64,000 nucleotides of DNA from Amoebidium appalachense (Eukaryota; Protista; Ichthyosporea): positions 826,448 to 890,447 of the forward strand of contig CAVNZM010000004.1 in NCBI GenBank assembly GCA_963693365.1. Reading direction: 5' to 3'. Of the stretch, positions 47,029 through 64,000 are shown one piece after another. The stretch's first letter is position 1. Every line of letters starts with the position of its first letter. The position numbers and the translations under genes are program-made. The notes beneath the pieces are model-generated. The model ran no database searches, was not told the DNA's origin, and saw nothing but the letters and a program-made list of their open reading frames with translations.

Positions 47029-47631
47029 ATAAACATGGAGCGCACATCGCTGAAGAACGGTTTTCTTGCACCCTTGAGCATCAGGTCGATGGCCTTGGTG
47101 TTGTGCTCCTTTCTGGTCCCACCTGCCGTCAGTCCCCGTTCAGTCATAACAAATAACCAACCAACCAACCAACCAACCGCCCCTCCACCCCCCCCCTCCA
47201 AAAAAAAAAAAAAAAAAAAAAAAACCTTCACATGCTACCTGTCCCCCCCCCCCCCCCCCCCCCCCCCACCCTCCCACACACACACCCCCCAAAAAAACAA
47301 ACAAACAAACAAACAAACAAACAAACAACCAACCAAAAGCAAGACCACCGCCACCGCCATCGAAAAGACACAGACAGAGATAGACACAGAGGCTTGTACG
47401 GATACAGCCACAGCCGCATACACAGACACGAAAACAGATAGAACCCACACATATCACATTCATGCCCCTTAGAATTGTACATAACAATGCGGTAGAAACC
47501 AAGACCACAACCATGTCCCTCTACAGCTCGCTGCCACTCTCCAACTATCTCCACCAGCCCCCCCCCCCCCCCCCCTCTCCCCCTTCCCCCCCCCGGGGGG
47601 GGGGGAACACACACGCGTGCGTGCGCTCGCG

Positions 47632-47704
<73 letters not shown>

Positions 47705-48919
47705 TGACAGCAGCACCATGAGCAGTGTAAGCCAAACCTCTACCACCACCACAGGCAGCAAGTATTGGGGCAGCAGCAGCAGCGCACAGGGCCCCACCAC
47801 GGCCACAAACTCAAGAATAAGAGACAGGGGCCCAGCGGGTAGGGGCCACCGTGACACCGCTGCCTTGTACACTATTAGGCCCCCCTGTGTGTGCTTAGTC
47901 AGCTTTTTGCCATCAAGCATCCAAACCAATTCAGACAAACGATTTGTCTAAAGATTCTTTTTGGATGTATAACCTGTTCGTTGCATTCCCCCATGCCCTT
48001 ATGCAACCCTTTCTACATGCCCTAAGCGTTCTTTCCACAAACCAGCCCCACCACCCGCCTCGCCTACCCACCATCCCTGCCACACTTACAACCAGAACAG
48101 TACCTAACCATCCACCCAACGAAAGGACCTGGCCCATCTTTCTAAAATGAGCTCTTTACTTGTTCTCCCCCCCTCCCCCCACCCCCCCCTCCCACCCCTC
48201 CACAACCGCCACCACCATACCCTCAACCCCCCCAATGCCCACCTACTCGAGCAAGTCACACTTCCCTGCCTTTTACCTCTACTAATGCACCTTCTCCCCA
48301 AACCCTCCTCAAACCCAGGCCGTGATGCAAATAAGAAGGAAACGAAACATAGCAGCGGAAGAAAACGAAAGGGACAGTTTGTCAGAACATCCAGATCCAG
48401 ATGCTAATTTGCAGAGAACGGGCCAGTAGTAAAGAGGGAGAAAAGGAGTGGGATAAGGTGGGTGGGGGCACAAACTGGAACGCGCGCACTGACATGCTAA
48501 AGCACTAACGGGGATAGACCCACCGCCGAACAAGCCAATGCACACAAAGACACATGGACATAGACGCGTCTACTCGTGCACTCTGTGTACACACGACGCC
48601 AACACAGACTAGATCCTGCACTCGCCAAAGCTGAGCCGTGTCCCCAGTGCAAGTGAAACCTGCATCCTGTTGGCAATCATATCAACACCGAACCAAGCAG
48701 ATCCACAGTTACACCCAACCTGCCACTCAGATTCAACCGTCGTGAAAAACAACATGCGTCCTAAAGAACAGTAAAATCCGCTCTCAAAGCAATAAAAAGC
48801 CCAATAGTGACGACTCTTACCGCAGCAGCCAGCAGGATGGCAACCACCTCCCATGGCGGGCAACCATTGTGGTTTTCCACAGCCACGTTCTGCAGTTGCC
48901 TATACTCCTTGTCGGACAT
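41264..48919 (-). CDS. PIGW: GPI-anchor biosynthesis inositol acyltransferase PIG-W / GWT1
   Basis: About 12 exons (approximate): 48919-48821 MSDKEY..VENHNG..WEV; 47884-47703; 47136-47028; 46591-46505 AILAVDFRAFPRRYAKTESYGYSM; 46033-45925 MDGGVGAF; 45231-45173 PLLVLGFGRLLSVKGIDYQ; 44745-44615 EHVTEYGVHWNFFFTL; 43964-43860 RTDLLTANKEGL; 43307-43167; 42598-42570 EPPSRKM; 42065-41914 VNLPY..VNRNQLFTFLL; 41417-41264 NVLTGCTN..ITLKFW*. These are GWT1-family signature motifs. Confidence 0.93.
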
Positions 48920-49299
48920 GTCGGGGGGGCATGGGGCCTCTAGGCTCACACGCCCTAAACTCCACATGATGATGTTCCAAAAGAATGACACCGCATAGAC
49001 CAGATAAAGATGTATGGCCGTAGGGTTTGGCCGCCAAGCTTTGACACCAAAATTGCAACAACTGACCTAGGCTACCGATGATGCTGTGTGGCGTGGAAGT
49101 GCTGTTCTGCGGTGTGCAGATCTAACGGCTGCCAGGTTCTCTAAATGAAAAAACCTGTAGGGTGTGAAAGACGTACCAGTCTTATACGGCACATAGGTGC
49201 TACTCACACTCTTTACAGTAACACAACACTGATCGAGATTGCGCACAGGTCTATAGTTCTATGTGGTCAAGCGCTGTCTTTTTTTTTGAGTTCACAATA

Positions 49300-49420
49300 T
49301 TGTACTGTTTTGCGCAAATAACCCACTAATCGCTAAACGATGATTGGTGAAAATGTGTGATTGGCGGATTTTGCCTGAGCGCCGGTTTTTAGTTTTCGGT
49401 TGTAACCGTTGGAAACCAGA
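49300..49420. promoter_or_regulatory. Putative bidirectional promoter between PIG-W and the coiled-coil gene
   Basis: Divergent ATGs at 48919 and 49702. Two ATTGG (CCAAT) boxes at ~49343 and ~49360, TTGGCGG (E2F-like) and TAACCGTTG (Myb/MSA-like) at ~49404. Confidence 0.45.
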
Positions 49421-49701
49421 CAATGTCCACGCAATAAATAGTGTGTAGGCTAACGTTACACAGCCTGTGACAGGGGCAGGTTTGAAGCTTTCAACATCCG
49501 CGCCACCCTTGTTCGAATTCTGAGCTGTGATTTGTAGTCAGCATTGAGAGTTAGGACAGTGATATATGAAAATATGTATTTCAGGTAGCTGAAAAGCAAT
49601 ACTGAAAAGCATGGAGTAGTTAGTTGCTCAATGAAAATCACAGCAAAATTGTGTAGAATCCGAACAAGCAGTTGCTAGCCTTGCAGGGGTGACAGTTTAA
49701 C

Positions 49702-63226
<13,525 letters not shown>

Positions 63227-63453
63227 AGCGGTCCGGACAGGGTGGGCTGTTTGTTTGGAATTCGTGGGTCTTTTTCTTTTAATTAATGTAGGGAGTCGAG
63301 TGGCTCTTCCAGCCTGGTCGTAGCCTACGGCACGTATGTGGTGCAGAGAAATGCGCTGCTAAAAGCAGTGATGGCATTTTTAGAAATCGGTACATATGGC
63401 CTAGCAATGCTGACGGTGCAGGCAAAAAGCGATTGGCTATCTGAGTGTTGATT

Positions 63454-63491
<38 letters not shown>

Positions 63492-63645
63492 TGGACAGAA
63501 TTTCGAAATGTCGATAATGATATTGTGTCTATAGACACGATACTTTATTATTGTCCGTATATAGCCTAAAGCCGCCACAGGATTTGGCAGCAGTGTCTAG
63601 CAAAATATATTTAAACCAATTCGGTGGTTTGTTCTAGCCCGGCAC

Positions 63646-63711
63646 CTATTTGGAGAAGAATTCGTGCAGTTTGGTATCGTCACAACACTCCCCCTCCACA
63701 AGTCGCTCCCC
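63646..63711 (-). CDS. Probable last coding exon of a neighbouring gene that extends beyond the window
   Basis: Acceptor gttgcacag is followed by GERLVEGECCDDTKLHEFFSK*; it converges on the coiled-coil gene. Confidence 0.35.
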   Translation of the reverse strand, partial: GERLVEGECCDDTKLHEFFSK

Positions 63712-64000
63712 CTGTGCAACAGAGTGTGAGTGGCAGGTATAATCACAACCAATGATTGGTGGGTTAGGTGTGGTGGACCAATGAGTTTTGGTCATTAAAT
63801 CAAAGTGCACAACAGGCAATATCAATGGTGTGGGGTGTGTTGTGTGCAATCCTTTATGATGACTTGCGTTGGCAATGACGATTGCTCCGCATGATATTTT
63901 CAATGTTTCTGGTTTGACACCGCTTATGCGCATGCAAGGCACACACCTGTTTGTGTGGGGGGGGTTTGCACTACATGTGTGCACAAACAACTATTAAAGC

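Overview
This is eukaryotic, intron-dense DNA. Its introns are loaded with (CA)n/(TG)n microsatellites and poly-G/poly-C tracts, so most ORFs in the supplied track (CVCVCV/THTHTH/GGG/PPP) are artefacts. The gene content suggests a unicellular holozoan, possibly ichthyosporean-like; this is an inference, not a determination. Splicing by hand gives, left to right: (1) a minus-strand multidomain extracellular protein (signal peptide, LRRs, C-type-lectin-like, mucin, SEA-like, EGF/TNFR-like Cys repeats) that runs off the left edge; (2) an RRM-RGG-RRM RNA-binding protein whose introns carry a private repeat family and many G-U-rich hairpins; (3) a YANK/STK32-family kinase; (4) a 5'-truncated non-LTR retrotransposon; (5) an intronless, degenerate Rho-like GTPase ORF; (6) GPI inositol acyltransferase PIG-W/GWT1; (7) a ~30-exon coiled-coil protein with a C-terminal D-box-like motif, divergent from PIG-W; (8) a probable last exon of a further gene. 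There is also a MITE-like insertion, 81-bp and 42-bp minisatellites and two GC-AG introns. Exon coordinates were read by eye and some are approximate.
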